Shown here: piece after piece, positions 4,184-5,598 of the stretch
How positions within the stretch are numbered: position 1 is the first letter of the stretch
Layout: every line of letters starts with the position of its first letter
Virus record (IMG/VR): IMGVR_UViG_3300017613_000503
Span: 1 to 5,598 of that record
DNA length: 5,598 bases
Source of the DNA: a virus
Strand: one strand, 5' to 3'
Program-made: the position numbers and the translations under genes
The notes under the pieces: generated by a model
The model's input: the letters and a program-made list of their open reading frames with translations, nothing else
Databases searched by the model: none
What the model was told of the DNA's origin: nothing

Positions 4184-5158
4184 TCATGCTTTGCGATTTG
4201 ATTTAATACGCTCCTTGTGTTTCATATTCCTTAAGTCTCTTTCATATCTTTTTCTATCCCAATTTATACTATCATCGCCATACCCTAGTCGTTTATTTTT
4301 TTGTCTTGCGTATTTTAATGCCTCCCAGTAATTCTCATCTCCTTCACTTATATCTATTTTTTTTCCATCTACCCATCTCACTTGTTCGTCTAGTTTCTCT
4401 ATCCATAATTTTTCCCTTTCTTCTTCACTATATATTTTGTTCCTCCAATACGTTGGAAGTCCTTTTTTAAATCCTTTTCTGTCTTTGTAATATTCTTGCG
4501 TACCTTCTTGTTTGTATTTATTTACGTTTGCATCTATCCTATCTGTATATCCTTTTCCTATTCCGTTCGAATAGAACATTTTCGGTTTATATTCTTTATG
4601 TATATTATCCCCTTTACTTAGATATTTTACTATATATCCTATTGTATCCCCATTTACCCATTTTCCTACCCACGTATGTCCATAACTCCATCTTTCCTCT
4701 ATCTCTTCCTTTGTCTGGTCTGTCCATATTATCCCATGCAAGTGAATTCTTTCTGTGCTTGTTGTTCCTAATTCCGTTATTAGCCACATCCTCGGCTTTT
4801 TTTTGTATTTCTTTCGCCATCTTTCTCTGAACCTATTTACGCATATTTTTGCTATTTCATTATCTAGTTCGTATCCGTCTAGTCCTATTATTTCCTTACT
4901 CACTTTTTCCAGTACTTCATTTGTAAACGTTAACGTTACAAATTTTCCATTTTTTCTTTCTCTTACTTCTTCATTTAGTCTTACTATCCATTCATTCGCT
5001 TTCTGTTTTCTGCACTCCATACATTTACCACAACCTACGGGTATCATTGACACCCGCTTGTCGGTCATGGTCGGAACAACTCCTTTATTTTTTTTATTAG
5101 GTATGTATTTTGGATTTCTTACCAATTTCGGATATAAACACATATAAGTTGTCCCCAC
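4184..5158 (-). CDS. VP4: Replication initiation protein VP4 (phiX174 gpA-like HUH rolling-circle endonuclease).
   Basis: Motif FVTLTFTNE (4916..4942). HUH motif RIHLHGIIW, with the HLH codons at 4736..4744. Catalytic Tyr motif GYIVKYLSK (4613..4636). Cys cluster CGKCMEC (5012..5032). The codon at 5158 in the ORF track is GTG. The ATG at 5143 gives an MCLYPK... N-terminus typical of microvirus VP4 and is the more likely start (319 aa). Stop is TGA at 4184..4186. Confidence 0.93.
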   Translation of the reverse strand: MGTTYMCLYPKLVRNPKYIPNKKNKGVVPTMTDKRVSMIPVGCGKCMECRKQKANEWIVRLNEEVRERKNGKFVTLTFTNEVLEKVSKEIIGLDGYELDNEIAKICVNRFRERWRKKYKKKPRMWLITELGTTSTERIHLHGIIWTDQTKEEIEERWSYGHTWVGKWVNGDTIGYIVKYLSKGDNIHKEYKPKMFYSNGIGKGYTDRIDANVNKYKQEGTQEYYKDRKGFKKGLPTYWRNKIYSEEEREKLWIEKLDEQVRWVDGKKIDISEGDENYWEALKYARQKNKRLGYGDDSINWDRKRYERDLRNMKHKERIKSNRKA

Positions 5159-5163
5159 TTTTA

Positions 5164-5598
5164 TTAGTCTTTGAATATTTCATTATAAATGAATTTCATT
5201 CCTTGTCCGTATTTATCTAATATACCGCTACTTAGTTTCACACTATTTTTTATACTATCTGCTATTTGTTTTCTATCTTCTTCACTTGAATTTAGCATTA
5301 TTTGTCTCCAGAACGCACTGTCATGCGGATATACTCCTAGTTCTTTTTGTCCTTGTTCGTACTTTTCGAAGTCGGCTAGTTGTTTAGTTCTGTCTGTATT
5401 TGCATTCATATTTCTAATTTCTGCACCTACTTTTTCCATGTCTTTTTGGATTTTCGCTCGTTGTTGTTTACTTAATTCTATTCCCTCTTGTTTTGTGTCA
5501 TAGTCTATACCTTTAATTTCATTTTCTCTCGTTTTGTTTAGGTTTGCCTCTGAATCTAATTTATTTTTAGTTCCTTCTGCTATTTTTGTTTCATTTGC
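5164..5598 (-). CDS. VP2: VP2-like pilot protein, 3' portion. It is open in frame from the window edge, and 5478..5598 duplicates 1..121.
   Basis: 435 nt, or 144 codons plus a stop, in frame from base 5598. It reads ...ANETKIAEGTKNKLDSEANLNKTRENEIKGIDYDTKQEGIELSKQQRAKIQKD then MEKVGAEIRN...IYNEIFKD. A tandem stop TAATAA lies at 5161..5166, 17 nt before the VP4 ATG at 5143. Confidence 0.8.
   Translation of the reverse strand, partial: ANETKIAEGTKNKLDSEANLNKTRENEIKGIDYDTKQEGIELSKQQRAKIQKDMEKVGAEIRNMNANTDRTKQLADFEKYEQGQKELGVYPHDSAFWRQIMLNSSEEDRKQIADSIKNSVKLSSGILDKYGQGMKFIYNEIFKD
5478..5598. repeat. Terminal direct repeat, copy 2 (identical to 1..121).
   Basis: Same manual alignment as copy 1. 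Confidence 0.95.

Noticed and set aside
4614-4820. 68-aa - strand ORF nested in VP4 in another frame, by analogy with phiX174 gene B inside gene A.
   Set aside because: It spans the most conserved HUH and Tyr motif region of VP4, where a second reading frame would be heavily constrained. Its composition is unremarkable, and an open stretch of this length can occur by chance. It is kept only as a low-priority item for comparative testing.
5156-5158. Start of VP4 at 5158, as in the ORF track.
   Set aside because: That codon is GTG. The ATG at 5143 gives the MC..P N-terminus typical of microvirus VP4. The GTG would also sit only 5 nt from the VP2 stop, without any better initiation context.
57-5503. 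All + strand ORFs in the track (for example 2340..2774 at 144 aa, 4755..5147 at 130 aa, 5189..5503 at 104 aa, 315..584 at 89 aa).
   Set aside because: They are Leu/Phe/Ser/Pro-rich low-complexity translations, typical of the antisense of A-rich genes. Every one lies opposite a well-supported - strand gene. None has a recognisable motif.
1-5598. Search for tRNA, rRNA, CRISPR arrays, integrase or att sites, toxin-antitoxin systems or defence systems.
   Set aside because: No cloverleaf-like or repeat-spacer structure is visible, and no ORF has integrase, transposase or toxin-like motifs. The coding capacity is fully accounted for by the microvirus core genes plus the small accessory ORFs.

Overview
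The window is one complete, circularly closed Microviridae (ssDNA phage) genome, given as the reverse complement of its coding strand. Bases 1..121 are identical to 5478..5598, so the true unit is 5,477 nt plus a 121-nt assembly overlap. All credible genes are on the - strand and tightly packed. In coding sense the order is: replication initiator VP4 (HUH/Tyr endonuclease); a cluster of five small, partly overlapping accessory ORFs; major capsid VP1 (686 aa); a 51-aa ORF missed by the ORF track; a 107-aa ORF; and a 292-aa Gly-rich, coiled-coil VP2 pilot-like gene. VP2 is split by the linearisation point, so the ORF track shows only its last 91 aa. Only two non-coding gaps exist (566..735 and 4047..4183), and each begins, in coding sense, with a hairpin just after a stop codon. 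The VP1 N-terminus, the lack of Shine-Dalgarno sequences and the AT-rich composition suggest a non-phiX, Alpavirinae-like, Bacteroidota-associated microvirus. That placement is inference from memory, not a search. I saw no tRNA, CRISPR array, integrase or host flanks. The most interesting material is in the accessory cluster: two candidate membrane-active small proteins, and two ORF pairs in a -1 frame relationship at poly-A runs. The larger non-coding region is also notable, with a strong hairpin and an 11-nt match to the phiX174 origin core on the unexpected strand.
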